Notes: a model not told the origin generated them from the sequence alone. Positions 44,339 to 55,626 are shown, counted from the stretch's first letter. The stretch: DNA of 64,000 nt from an uncultured Methanosarcinales archaeon (GCA_963843555.1 CAWJKV010000014.1:121663-185662), one strand, 5' to 3'. Translations and numbers: made by a program.

Positions 44339-44853
44339 TGCCTACAGCCTTGAGTTTCTTAGGCGAAAAGGGTTTGCTTTGGATTTATCTCAGGCTCGTT
44401 TCTGGCGGCTCAGAGAGGCGATAATATCATATTTTCCTATTGTCGGCAAATCCCGGCTCAACAGATGCTGCCAAGGATGACAACAAAACCTGAAGCTAAA
44501 ACCGCAACAAAATGAAGCTGCACTCAATTACTGACTTTCTCCTGAGAATTTAAGCAAATTTGGATCATTTCCCAAATACACGCATAGAAAATTAATATGC
44601 TCAAAAGGGCAATGCGAGTGCGTGGGAAATTGGTTGGAGTTATAGAAGGAATGACATCAATAGAATGTTTGCTGATATATAATTCTATTATTTAAATTAA
44701 GCTTAATTCATAAATCATTACTTTAGAATATAATTGTAATTCTCTGCAAAATGGATTTGGGTAAATCATATGCATAATCTGGGAACTCTTTGCAGAAATT
44801 AATTACAAAAGAAAAATTCTTATATCAAGAGCACTGTATGGACGCCGAGGATT

Positions 44854-45264
44854 ATGCAGGCCAGAACGACTTTGAGCATTCTTATTGCTGAGGATAACCC
44901 GGTAAATCAGAAGGTAGCTTTGATCATACTCAAGAAGCTCGGTTATCAGGCAGATTTGGCATGCAACGGCCATGAGGTCCTGACGGCCCTGGAGGGACAC
45001 GCCTATGATCTGGTGCTCATGGATATCCAGATGCCGGAGATGGACGGAATTGAAGCTACTAAAATCATCCGCAAGCGCTGGCCGCAGGGTCCCAAGATAA
45101 TAGTAGTCACATCGTTCAATCCGGAGATCTGCCGCGAGCTATGCTTTAGCGCCGGGGCAGACGATTTCCTCAACAAACCTGTAACGATGAATTTGCTTGG
45201 TGCGGCCATCGAACGCAATATGGGCTATGCCAGCTGCATCATCCCTGTTTGCCAGCCCGTCTGA
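44854..45264 (+). CDS. Single-domain response regulator (receiver)
   Basis: LIAEDN, LMDIQMPEMDG and FLNKP motifs. Confidence 0.92.
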   Translation: MQARTTLSILIAEDNPVNQKVALIILKKLGYQADLACNGHEVLTALEGHAYDLVLMDIQMPEMDGIEATKIIRKRWPQGPKIIVVTSFNPEICRELCFSAGADDFLNKPVTMNLLGAAIERNMGYASCIIPVCQPV

Positions 45265-45300
45265 AAAGTGAATAAAATTAGCCCATCGCAAAAACCAATT

Positions 45301-47252
45301 CTACTGCCCAAACACGAAGGCCACCTCCTCCCAGGCCTTCTCCAGCAGCTTGCTGTAATAAGCAGCATCAAACTCCGATGCATACTCTTCCGTATCCACC
45401 TCCCATCGGCCGGCGTCCTTTACCACATATCCTATCTCCATGCCGGGCGCCAGGTTTAGCCCCTGCTCTTCATGAGCCTTCACTGCAGAAGCCTCCGCAC
45501 ACCTGCGGGAGTAGTTCAAGCGGCCGACGCGGCGATGGATAGCCAGCTCCCGGACGTCGATGTCCGCATCCACAAGCTCCCGCATGTACTTTGCGCGAAC
45601 TTCTTCTGCGTCGGGTTCCACCATTTGCAGCTCCTCTCGGCTCCTCGCCCCGGCCAGGACCTCGAACAATTCCCTCTGCATTCGCAGCACGTATTCTGGC
45701 GTGTCTCCCTTACGGGCCGCTACCCCCCGGATTTTCATCTTGCCCGTGTCCAGCCTGCCAAAGTAGCGGTTGTATGACCCTGAGCCGTCGCACATGGGCA
45801 GGAAAGCGATCCAGTCATAGGTGTCAACCTCAGTGAGAATGCCCGTCTCCTGCTCCACAGCTTCCTTGTACTTCAATATCGGCTCGCCCATAACCCACAG
45901 GCAATCCACAATGCCGTGCAGAACTATGAAGTCCATCTTCTCTGCCAGCTCCTTGATCTGCATGAGCAGCTCCCGGGAAGCGGCCGTGATCCTCTCATGG
46001 ACCTGGATCTGACCGAACTTGGCGTTCCGGTAGCCTGTGTAGCCGAAGCAGGTGACGAGCATCCACTTCAGGATTGAGTCGATCCCTGCAAACGCCTGGT
46101 CGGTCTTCTTCAGCCTCTTAGTCTCGATACGCAGGTTGAGCAATGAGGCGAGCACTGTGCTGAGGAAGCCCTCGATCTCCGGGTGCTCCAGGGTCTCCGG
46201 GGAGAGGTTGTACTTCACAATGATGGAAGGGTATAGAGAGGTGAAGTCGATCTGGTGGACCTTTTCGTACACCCCGGGCTCGGGCTGAAACATCATGCCG
46301 CCCTTGTCACAGCTTCTCAACTCCGAGATGTTCCTGACAATTTCTGCATCTCGCTTCCGGAAGGGCACGGCCACGCCTCTCCGTAAGGCCTCAAAGACCT
46401 CATAGCTGGAGATCAGCGTGCCGGGCGTGAAGCGGGAGACGAGGTTCGGGGAGAGGCCGGAGAGCCTCGAGGCCATCAGTACGCCTTTCAGCCCGCTCTC
46501 TTGATAGACGAAGCTTTTCGCGGTGTCTATCGAGCACCCGTCCCTCGGGGATCAGAGCACCTTCCTTGTGGTTGACCTTTCCATAGCTCCAATAAGATTT
46601 GGAGGCCATCGGTTTGAACCAGCCGCTGCGGCTGATGGTGGGGTCAAGGCCATACCTTCTGGCCTTGCGGACCAGGAGCGGAACCCAGGTATCGGCATGG
46701 GGTAGAAGAATCAGGTCGGGATTGCAGGACTTGATCAGCTCCAGGAGGTCGGAGATGACTGTTCTCTCTGATCCCTCCAGCCGTTCTCTTCCTGCCATTG
46801 AGGACCTGTACGCGGGAGAAATCTCCTGGCCTGGAAGGATCTCCGGCCACCTCCAAAGCCATTTGGGTCAAGGGAACCTCGAAATCGGGAGAGAACCTGG
46901 ACTCGTCCCGGTCTCCGCAGGGGAAGATGTCGTGCTCGGCCATGTACCTCTGATCCTGTCGGACATCAACATTGTAGAGTTCGGCAGAATAGCGAGTCTG
47001 TATCTCGATCTTCTCCGCAACCTTGCGACCGGCAAAGATCCTGTAGCCCGGGAAGGTGCCGAAGATGGTTCTGAAACTGCATTCTTCAGCCCTGTAGAGA
47101 CTCTCCAGAGCCTCGATCATCTCCCGGTGGGCGGGCGGATCTTTCAGGCGCATGTAGAATGAGGGTGGATAGGAAGCGCTGGTCCTGGTCAGGCCGTTCT
47201 CCCTGCCCCATAGTTCCACGCTGCCTTTATAGTAAGAATCAAAAATCCACAT
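45301..47252 (-). CDS. Family B DNA polymerase, PolB2-like, two frameshifts
   Basis: DFTSLYPSI, KWMLVTCFGY and HGIVDCL (variant of YGDTDS); degenerate exonuclease region. Confidence 0.85.
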
Positions 47253-47422
47253 CTTTCGCCTCTATGCATGCCCGGATGCAGCCAGCATCTTCTGGCTATC
47301 GGTTACACGCCGAGGTGATAAGGACGAGGTGCGTGGAGGGCGAATGTGATGGGAAACGATTGTTATGAGGAGCAGTGTGATGGGGAGCGAATCTGATGCT
47401 GGGGATCAAGAATAATCAGTGC

Positions 47423-47853
47423 TCAAACGGATTTCTCCCAGCCCTGTCCAAAGTCAATCAGAGGCCGGACTTCAGTGACCTCGAACGTAGCCAGCACCCG
47501 AATCATCTCTGCCGCTTGCTCACCGACGATCTTGGCGGTCTTGACTCTTATACATCGTCCAACTGCGGGCCTGATGTGGCATACTCTTTCATCCTGAGAT
47601 AAACTCGGATTCCTTTCCAGTCAAGGATCCCCGGTCCTGGCTCCATTATCATGAATGCGGCATTCGGGTTTTCTTGAAGGTTCGCAAAGGTGCGGCCCAT
47701 GGCAAGCGCCACTATGACCGTATTCTCATCGATCATTTGAGGTGAGCCGTAAACGGCAGAATCTACCTTTCCGTCTTTGCTCGATGTACTTATGACGCCC
47801 ATCCTCGGCTGTTTGTTGAAGTATTCCATTAATTTTGCAGACATATGAATCAT
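47423..47853 (-). CDS. Pyridoxamine 5'-phosphate oxidase-like FMN-binding protein, frameshifted near 47545
   Basis: STSSKDG, RTFANLQENP and GIRVYL, continuing as FEVTEVRPLID. Confidence 0.8.
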
Positions 47854-47931
47854 CCGTTCGGGTTCTTGTTTTGCGGCTTCTTGTCCTCAAGAGTGGAGGG
47901 ATCTATTATACCAAGTAAATAGAATTCCAAT

Positions 47932-48276
47932 CTATAAAGCTGTTGGAGGGCGTTTTATGTCCTCTTTCATCTGCAGGTACAACTCTCGGGTTATCTCTCC
48001 TTTAGCATATCTCTCGTCCAGAATCTCTTCAGAACTCGTCTTGGCATTAGCGCCTCCGGCAGCACGGTATCCCGAGTCTCTCAGGATCAGATATAGTATC
48101 AGGAACAGTATGCCTATCCAGGGTATCACGATAGGCAAACCCCAGAGAAGCCCATTCATGCCTCTTTTCTCTGCGTCCTTGTAGACCAGGTAGGCTATGG
48201 CCACAGAGACCAGCCAGATTAAGGTCATTCCAAATCCCATGAAAGGGAACCAGTTCATCATGTGATAGTATGGCAT
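47932..48276 (-). CDS. SHOCT-domain membrane protein
   Basis: VYKDAEKRGMN..LW and ILDERYAKGEIT motifs. Confidence 0.85.
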   Translation of the reverse strand: MPYYHMMNWFPFMGFGMTLIWLVSVAIAYLVYKDAEKRGMNGLLWGLPIVIPWIGILFLILYLILRDSGYRAAGGANAKTSSEEILDERYAKGEITRELYLQMKEDIKRPPTAL

Positions 48277-48412
48277 TATCAGATCCTCTTGATCCGGAGT
48301 GCCGGAAATTGGCTGCAATGGCCGGAAGCATGTCGACTTCTGACCAAATTATATTCGACGTTAAACGTATATAAGGAGGTGGTACATCTTAACGGCAACG
48401 GGTCGGATCATC

Positions 48413-48860
48413 TTATTTTTTGGCCATCTGCCTTATCTTGTCCCAGCCCGTTCCCCCGACCCGGAGAGAGTGGTCCAGCACTACATCGATGAAGCCGAAG
48501 ATGAGAGGAGCATAAACGGCATAGAAGTCGCGAGCGAAGGACATGGCCTCTTGCAGATCCTGAAAGTGGCGGGTCTCCATCTCTTCTCCCGTCCCGGCAA
48601 TCACGGTTTTTATGTTGCTCTTTGCCACGAAGCTGGAGGCACCGCAGGAGGCCTTGGGAGGCTGTAACGCATCTATATTTACGGGCACCCCGCCATAGCA
48701 TTCATAAGCGTAGCGAATCTGCTCGGCTCTTGTATCTGAACCCTCGGACTTTGCCTCCTCCAGGATATCCTTGTCCATAGATTCCGGCTGAGGGATGAGG
48801 CAGGCGTCAATGACGAAAGAGTATCCATCGCCGCCCTCATCAAGATCTACAGGGTTGTCT
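48413..48860 (-). CDS. C-terminal part of a hypothetical protein in the archaeal segment, 5' end replaced at the junction
   Basis: Moderate-GC codon usage; sequence unrelated to the PD40 repeats it is fused to. Confidence 0.55.
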
Positions 48861-49843
48861 GAGCGGCTGATGTACGCGATCTTGGTTCCATCCGGCGCCC
48901 ACGCCGGTGTCCGCGCCCCCCACTCATCCGCTGTAAGTTGGACGGGCTGACGCCCGTCGACAGGCATTCGATAGATCTGCGTCCGTGCGTCATGCGCCCA
49001 ATCGGCCTGAAACGCGATGCTCCCTCCGTCCGGCGACCAATCCGGCGCGCCGGCTCCTAAGGCGCTATGGCTCGTCGTCAACCGGACGAGAGACACGGTC
49101 CTCGCGCTGATGCCGTTCGAAACCGACGACCAATTCGATTCCTCATCAACTGCCTTCAGCGCAAATTGATAGGTTGTATCGGGCATCAAGCCGGAGATCG
49201 TGCACGTTTGCACCGTACCCGCGGCCCCAGGTGTTGGCGGTTGCTCCGCGCGTGTTGCGACGTCCCAGGTGTCTTCAGAGATCGGAACGAAGGCGTACCT
49301 CAGGTCATAAGTCGAAGCAGTGCCGATAGCCCCGTCGCTCCCCGGCGCAGTCCAGGTCAGCGTCACACGCGAGGCGGTTGCTGACAACACCTCGAGATCT
49401 TCCACTCGCCCTGGAGGAATGGTGTCCGCCACCGTCGCGTTAGCGACATCCGAAAGCCCGGACCAGTTGAGAGCTTCGTCAGCGGCCCTGAGGACGAAGT
49501 ACCACGTGCCGTGGGTCAATCCACCGATCGGAAAGCTTTCCGCCTGACCGCCGGGACGGGGGGCCGGCACCGAGGGTGCCACCGACGCAGTCACCCAACT
49601 GGAGTCCGTGATCACTTCCTTTGCATATCGAATCTGGTACGCTGCCGCCTGACCATTGGCCCCGTCATCGCCCGGCGCCGTCCAACTCAACGTGACCGTT
49701 CCGCCGGTGACGCCCGAGACACGCAGATCCCGTACAGCCGCAGGCGGCACCGTGTCGGCGGGCTGAGGCCTGGTTCCCCCGCCGTCGTTGCAGGACGAGA
49801 GCACGACGAGCAAGGCGCACAACATGACGGCCGTGCATCTCAT
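48861..49843 (-). CDS. Bacterial lipoprotein with two FN3 domains and PD40/TolB repeats, truncated at the junction
   Basis: Lipobox LSSC; LSWTAPGDDG and LTWTAPGSDG; PDWSPDG and PAWAPDG. Confidence 0.8.
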
Positions 49844-49905
49844 GGGATGGCTCCAATCTCCGCGCCGCAGGGTGATGATCGCGCATCTCCTCCGGCATGG
49901 CCGAC

Positions 49906-50925
49906 TCACCTGCCAGGCGTCACCGGCGACGAGTTGCTGTTGCCGGGAGCGGCGGAGCCCGGTTCCGGCTTGGGACAGGGAATGGAGTCGCAGCGCACTT
50001 TCTCGCCCAACGGGATGCCCCCACTTCGAGAGCAGTCGCGCAACGTCAGCAACACGCAGCCGCTGGGGAGGCAACAGCCCCCGAGCAAGGCGTCGTCCCC
50101 GCACGGGAGGTTGTCGCACGTCATTCCATACCCCAGGAACTCCCCTTGATACAACTCACACTCGTGTTTCGTCAGCATGCAGCACACATCGACACAGCAA
50201 GGCGCCAGAATCGCGCGAGGCCCTGGCTGCGGAACATACCCGTCCTGATCGACATCGATCCGCCCGTAGTCGACGACGGGTTCCCCGGCGTATGGGATTT
50301 CTGTTGTCACGAGACGACCGGCCAGGTTCGCCATCGGGTGCGGAATCACCTCGAAGCTCCCCTTGCTCTTCGCCACGATCACAAACCAGTAGAGCGGAAT
50401 GGCGCGCCCTGTCTTCACACGTTCCTTCGTGATGGCGGCGGATATCCCGCCATTCGAGGCCGGCCAGCCGTTCTGGGCGATGCTCATTCCCCCCGCATCG
50501 CACGGTCCGGAGGTTACGAGCCGGGCACCGCCCGAGTACCGGATTCCGAAGGAGAATCCGAGGACTGAACCGACGCTGTCCGGAGGGAAGACCGCGTAGA
50601 GCCCCACGATGTGGGGGATACCGTCGCCCGGCAAGCGAGTCACCGCCTTCGCGGGATCTGTTAGCTGGAGACTGCGGCAGTAGTCGAGCACGCCGTACTC
50701 GTAGCCGAAGTCCTCGACGTTCAGGAGGAGTGCGCCCCCTGCGTTGGTAGGCGCCTTGGCACGCGCGGTGGAGACGAGACCGGCTTCCCCCGTGAGCAAG
50801 GCACCGAGAACGGTCAAGCCGAGAACGAGCGCTCCGCGCGTCAGCGAAGATCCGACACGACTCGGAAGGGACGAGGGGCGGCGCACCGGGCGGATGGTGC
50901 GACCGCGTGCTCTGCGAGTTCTCAT
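49906..50925 (-). CDS. Exported hypothetical protein with C-terminal Cys-rich (CC..C...C..GG...G..C...C) repeats
   Basis: Arg-rich N-terminus and TM/signal segment; two Cys-rich modules. Confidence 0.7.
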   Translation of the reverse strand: MRTRRARGRTIRPVRRPSSLPSRVGSSLTRGALVLGLTVLGALLTGEAGLVSTARAKAPTNAGGALLLNVEDFGYEYGVLDYCRSLQLTDPAKAVTRLPGDGIPHIVGLYAVFPPDSVGSVLGFSFGIRYSGGARLVTSGPCDAGGMSIAQNGWPASNGGISAAITKERVKTGRAIPLYWFVIVAKSKGSFEVIPHPMANLAGRLVTTEIPYAGEPVVDYGRIDVDQDGYVPQPGPRAILAPCCVDVCCMLTKHECELYQGEFLGYGMTCDNLPCGDDALLGGCCLPSGCVLLTLRDCSRSGGIPLGEKVRCDSIPCPKPEPGSAAPGNSNSSPVTPGR

Positions 50926-51263
50926 GTGCTTGTCCTCCGGGGCCTGACGTCCGCGGCCCGGGCCTGAGGTCCACCGCTGTCGAGATTGAGTTCAGCCAGA
51001 GACAGAGAGAATACATGCGGACCGTCGCCGCGGGCCACATAAAAGGCAGCACTGTGCAACCGGGCTAGGCTGGCGACCACGGGGTGTACGCTGACGCCTC
51101 CGTTGAGGAGCGTGACCTCCACGGTCCAGGCCGGCGCAGCTCCCCGCTCTCCGTCCGCCGGCACCGCCATCCATGCGGAATTGCGGACGGACTCGGCGGC
51201 CAGGTCGGCCGCGGAGCAGGTGGAGCAGATCTCGCAGGAACGGCACGGCCTGGCGTCCGTCAT
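50922..51263 (-). CDS. Hypothetical protein with N-terminal CxxCxxCxxC
   Basis: ATGA overlap with the downstream gene; otherwise weak support. Confidence 0.35.
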   Translation of the reverse strand: MTDARPCRSCEICSTCSAADLAAESVRNSAWMAVPADGERGAAPAWTVEVTLLNGGVSVHPVVASLARLHSAAFYVARGDGPHVFSLSLAELNLDSGGPQARAADVRPRRTST

Positions 51264-51515
51264 GGACAGTACCCGCGGAAGACCCAGCTTACCGACATGC
51301 CCGTCGACACCACGGTCCCCTCTCGATCGATTTCCGGTTTGAACCGCTGGCGTGCCGGACGAACCGTGGCACGGACGAGTTGCGACACAGTACAGGTAGT
51401 ACCCGGCTTTCCCATCAGATTGCAGCGATAGTGGAAGTCCGCTTGATCATTCGACACTGGCCCGCCGCGGCCGTAGTGTCTCCCCGTGTTCCACAACCAG
51501 GAGAAAAGGGGGCAT

Positions 51516-53921
51516 ATGATGCCAGAATTTGGGTATACCGGTCGCGCGCGCGTAGCGGAGAAGTCTGAGAAATGGATCCGTTGGATTTTGCGGCCGGCCC
51601 TGGCTGCGATCTTCGCAACCGTGGTGGTCTCGCTGGCCCAGGCGGCCCCGGCGACTCCCGGGCCCCTCGTCTCCATCGCCCGCAGCGCCATCGACGACGT
51701 CCCGGTGCCCTGCACCTCCGCCACCGTGCCGGGCTTTGCCGGCGACGCCTCGGCATCGAGCCTCCCCGCCGAGGATGAGGCGGCCGTGGAATCGGACCGC
51801 GGCCTCGACGTCTGGGATGGCCGGGGACCCTGGGGCGGCAACCTGAAGACCATCATCGCGGACCCGGCCGATGGCAATCGGATGATCGTCGCCGCCGGAC
51901 TCAGCATGGCAAGGGAGGCGGGCGGCGTCTGGGTGAGCACGGACGGCGGGGTCAATTGGAGCGACACGAGCCTACGCGGCATCGTGGTCTATGCGGCAGT
52001 CGCCTCGCCCTCCGAACCGGGCGTGTTCTACGCCGGCGTCTACGATGGCTTCTACCGCTCCACCGACTCCGGCGCCACCTGGACGAGGATCTCCCTCGCC
52101 GCCTCGCTCGTCATCGGCTGCGGCGTGAAGGTTGACGACGGGAACATCGTCATCGCCGGCCTTTCCAGCGGCGCCGGCATTCGCCGTTCCGTCGATCGCG
52201 GGGTGACCTGGAACACGTGCGGCATCAACAGCTACTTCATGAAGGGGCTGGGGACGAGCCCGACCGCCCCCGATCGGATGTATCTGGCCATGAGCGGCGC
52301 GCCGACGTTTTGCTACCGCAGCGACGACGCCGGCCTCACCTGGACGGCGTCGGCTCCGGCCGGTGACGGCTGGGGGCTGTGGGTCGACCCGTTGAACGTC
52401 GATCACGTATTCGCCTCCACCGGCGGTGGCGTCTACCGGACGCTCGACGGCGGCGCAAACTGGACCCTCGTCCTGCCCGGCACGTGCTTCGCCAACTGCA
52501 GCGTGAAGGACGGCGTCGTCTACGCGCCGATCACGGGCTCCGGGCCCTCCGGCCCCGGGGTCTATGAGAGCAACGACGACGGCGCCACCTGGACCTTCTG
52601 CAGCACCGGCATCGTGGCCAACTACTTCCAATGCTCGGGCGCCAGCGCCACCGGGGTGCTCGCCGGTCACTATGGCGGTGTCTACCGCAGCACCGCTCCG
52701 TTCGGCGCGTGGAGCGTTTCCCAGACCGGCATCAACAACGCCTACGTTCGCACCGTCGCCTACTACGCCGACCGGCACGAGCTCTGGGCAGCCACCGATC
52801 AGTCGGGCCTCTGGCGCAGCATGGATGGCGGCGCGACCTGGGAGCTGAAGTCTACGGGTCTCACCAATTGGTCCACCCATCGCCTGGCGCCCAAAGACCA
52901 TGCCCACGACCAGGGCGATCGGATGTACATCACCACCACGACCGGGATCTACCGCTCGACCGACCACGGAGAGACCTGGCAGGCATCGGGCCTCTCGGGA
53001 GAGCTCCTGCGCGGCGTCCTCGTGGACCGCGGCACGCCCGACCGCGTCTGGACGGGCAGCCAGACGACCCAGAAAGTCTGGCGCTCCGAGGACGCAGGCG
53101 CCAACTGGCAGCTCGTCGGGACAGGGATCGGCGCCGGCTTCTATCCCGACTTCCAGGTGGGGAAGAACCCCGCGAACGGCACTCGCCTCTTCCTGAACTA
53201 CGAGCAGCAGACGAACAGCCTCTACTACTCCGACGACCTGGGAACCACCTTCAACGCCGCTACGGGGCTGGGCTCCTCGAACTACCTGCCCGGCGTGACG
53301 GTGCGGGACGACAACCCCGCGCTGGTCTTCTGCGGAACCGGAGCGGGCGTGTACAAGTCGGCCAACTACGGCGCCAGCTTCACCTCCTCGGGACTGACCT
53401 CAGTGATCTGGTCGATTCTCGGGCTGACGTCCGACGGCGTCTATGCGGGACGCAACGTCCAAGGCTGCCAGGCGAGCCACGATGACGGCCTGACCTGGGC
53501 GCCCTACAACACCGGGATCGAGACCCTGGTGAGTTGGGACTTCTGCTACGGCGACCACCCCACCGATCTCTTCGTCGGTCTGCGGGGCCACGGCGTGAAG
53601 CAGATCTCCGCCCCGGTGATCGATGCGGTCGACGGTGAGCAGGGCGGCGTACCGGCCGGGCTCGCGGTTGCTCCAAATCCGTTCCGGACCGCTTCGACGC
53701 TTCGTCTCCTGGCTCCGGTCCGGACGGATCTCGACGTCCGCGTCTTCGACGCCACCGGCCGGGTGGTGATCACGAACCGGTTGACGAGCTCCGGTGGTGC
53801 AGCCTCCTGGACCTGGGACGGCCGCGATTCGGCCGGGCGGCTGCTGCCGAGCGGCACCTACTTCTATGAGGTCCGCGGCGGAGCGGATCGGTACCGCGGA
53901 GAGTGGATGATCGTGCGGTAG
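51516..53921 (+). CDS. Secreted BNR/Asp-box (VPS10/YCF48-like) beta-propeller with C-terminal FlgD-Ig domain
   Basis: Repeated S.D.G.TW; tail APNPF...VFDATGRVV...WDGRD..G..LPSGTYF. Confidence 0.88.
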   Translation: MMPEFGYTGRARVAEKSEKWIRWILRPALAAIFATVVVSLAQAAPATPGPLVSIARSAIDDVPVPCTSATVPGFAGDASASSLPAEDEAAVESDRGLDVWDGRGPWGGNLKTIIADPADGNRMIVAAGLSMAREAGGVWVSTDGGVNWSDTSLRGIVVYAAVASPSEPGVFYAGVYDGFYRSTDSGATWTRISLAASLVIGCGVKVDDGNIVIAGLSSGAGIRRSVDRGVTWNTCGINSYFMKGLGTSPTAPDRMYLAMSGAPTFCYRSDDAGLTWTASAPAGDGWGLWVDPLNVDHVFASTGGGVYRTLDGGANWTLVLPGTCFANCSVKDGVVYAPITGSGPSGPGVYESNDDGATWTFCSTGIVANYFQCSGASATGVLAGHYGGVYRSTAPFGAWSVSQTGINNAYVRTVAYYADRHELWAATDQSGLWRSMDGGATWELKSTGLTNWSTHRLAPKDHAHDQGDRMYITTTTGIYRSTDHGETWQASGLSGELLRGVLVDRGTPDRVWTGSQTTQKVWRSEDAGANWQLVGTGIGAGFYPDFQVGKNPANGTRLFLNYEQQTNSLYYSDDLGTTFNAATGLGSSNYLPGVTVRDDNPALVFCGTGAGVYKSANYGASFTSSGLTSVIWSILGLTSDGVYAGRNVQGCQASHDDGLTWAPYNTGIETLVSWDFCYGDHPTDLFVGLRGHGVKQISAPVIDAVDGEQGGVPAGLAVAPNPFRTASTLRLLAPVRTDLDVRVFDATGRVVITNRLTSSGGAASWTWDGRDSAGRLLPSGTYFYEVRGGADRYRGEWMIVR

Positions 53922-53954
53922 GTCGTCGCGCGGACGACCGCATCGTGTTTCGAA

Positions 53955-53999
53955 ACGAGGGGACGGCAGGGTCGAAAGATCCTGTTCGTCCCCTTGTTG
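53955..53999 (+). terminator. Intrinsic terminator-like hairpin
   Basis: aggggacggcagggtc-gaaa-gatcctgttcgtcccct followed by tgttgt, between convergent genes. Confidence 0.6.
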
Positions 54000-54098
54000 T
54001 ACATGGCGCCTGGTCGGGATCTTGCACGTTTCGTCAAGAATGCGGGGAATGATGGCTTGGGCTGGCGGATCTTGTACTTGACGGACCGGAGACGACAG

Positions 54099-54746
54099 TT
54101 ATCGACTGCGAGCACGCTGGACAACGACCGCAGACGGCCGGAGCCGATCTCCGACACTTCCGCTCGCCGGTACCTGGCACGGCCGCCTTATCTCGATCCG
54201 GACCGACCAAAGTCGGAGAATCCCGACATCCTTCGCGAGCGTGTCAGCGACCGCAAGATAGAAGCTGCCGCCGGCATGCAGGCCCCGGAAGACATCCAGC
54301 GGGTCCCTGTCCGATCCCGACGCGCTGAAGTAGTACGCACCATCCAGCGACTGCGGGCAGGCGTTCGCCACTGCTCCCGACCAACCGGCTCTTCTCGCCC
54401 GGAAGAACTCCACCTCAGCTTCGGCGTCGATCTGACCGTCGTTGTCCTGGTCGTAGAGCAGGCGGAGCGCGACGTCGGCTGTGTTGGGATGATCCAGATC
54501 TACCATCAGGTCCACAGCCCCCAAGATCTCCCCGTTGTCCCCGCGAGAAACCGGCCCCAGGGTGAGTCCCTCGCAATCACCGTCCGGGATCACAGACGGG
54601 GTGCGCATCGCAACGGGTTCGAGTCCCGGCCCGCACGGCACGGCGGCCACGATCGCGGGCGCGCCCGGACTGGCCCCGGTCGATCCTTCGAACGAGCAGC
54701 CCACCATCAGGAGGGCGGTTGAAATGATCCAGCCTGCCGTGTTCAT
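54099..54746 (-). CDS. Lipoprotein with a proprotein convertase P-domain
   Basis: Lipobox MVGC; IPD, VDLDHP..ADVAL.L, and L.VAD....DVG.LR.W motifs. Confidence 0.75.
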   Translation of the reverse strand: MNTAGWIISTALLMVGCSFEGSTGASPGAPAIVAAVPCGPGLEPVAMRTPSVIPDGDCEGLTLGPVSRGDNGEILGAVDLMVDLDHPNTADVALRLLYDQDNDGQIDAEAEVEFFRARRAGWSGAVANACPQSLDGAYYFSASGSDRDPLDVFRGLHAGGSFYLAVADTLAKDVGILRLWSVRIEIRRPCQVPASGSVGDRLRPSAVVVQRARSR

Positions 54747-54969
54747 GTTCTCCTCCCTTCTCGGTCCTCGGGGGGCCTTCGATATCCCCGGGTTGGCACT
54801 CCATGCGAAATCCAGAGCTGGAATCTGCAGAGGTATTTGCGTTCCGCGAACGCATCTCACCGTGGCCCGCGAACGTTACCTGTTGCAGGCAGTTGCAGCG
54901 ACACCCTATCCTTGTCCGGCGCGTGATGGAGTCAAATCCCATGGAGTGTCGGCGAGGAGGCTCGTGGCG

Positions 54970-55626
54970 ATGGACGGCAAGGATCACGAGATCACGAGGA
55001 TCCTCTTCGAACTCCAGACGCACCCCGAAGCGTCCCAGGAAGCCACGAATCGACTGTTCGCCGCCGTTCACGGTGAGTTGCGGCGGATGGCCGCCCGCAT
55101 CATGCGGGATGAGCGGCCGGACCACATCCTGCAGGCGACGGCGCTTGTACATGAGGCGTATCTCCGCCTGGTCGATGTCCGGTCGGTCGACTGGCAGAGC
55201 CGTGCCCACTTCTTCGGGGTCGCCGCACGAGCCATGCGCCAGATCCTCGTCGATCAAGCGCGGGAGCGCGCCACCGCCAAGCGAGGCGGCGGGTTGCGCC
55301 AGGTGACGCTCGATGATCAGCTGTCCCTGACCACCGTGGATGAACTCGACATCCTGAACCTCGATCGGATCCTGACCAGTCTGGCCGAGATGGACAAGCG
55401 GTTGGCCCAAGTCGTGGAGTACCGGGTCTTCGCCGGGATGTCCGTGGAGGAGGTGGCCCTTGTTCTGGGCGTCTCGGTCCGCACCGTCCACAACGACTGG
55501 CGCGTGGCGAAGAAATGGCTGGGTCGAGAACTGTCCCAGAAAGATCCCCCAGCCCTTCCGAACACCTCGAAGTCTCCACCTAGAGTTTCCCCGTCGGATG
55601 GTGCGAGTGGAGGTCCTCATCCTTGA
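54970..55626 (+). CDS. ECF sigma factor of the kinase-associated TIGR02999 type
   Basis: ELRRMAAR.M..ERPDH.LQATALVHEAYLRL, RAHFFGVAARAMRQILVD.AR...AKRGG and DWRVAK.WL. Confidence 0.92.
   Translation: MDGKDHEITRILFELQTHPEASQEATNRLFAAVHGELRRMAARIMRDERPDHILQATALVHEAYLRLVDVRSVDWQSRAHFFGVAARAMRQILVDQARERATAKRGGGLRQVTLDDQLSLTTVDELDILNLDRILTSLAEMDKRLAQVVEYRVFAGMSVEEVALVLGVSVRTVHNDWRVAKKWLGRELSQKDPPALPNTSKSPPRVSPSDGASGGPHP

Noticed and set aside
48413..50119. Genuine 568-aa novel fusion protein
   Set aside because: It spans the compositional break, the propeller is truncated, and the N-terminal 92 aa overlap the neighbouring gene
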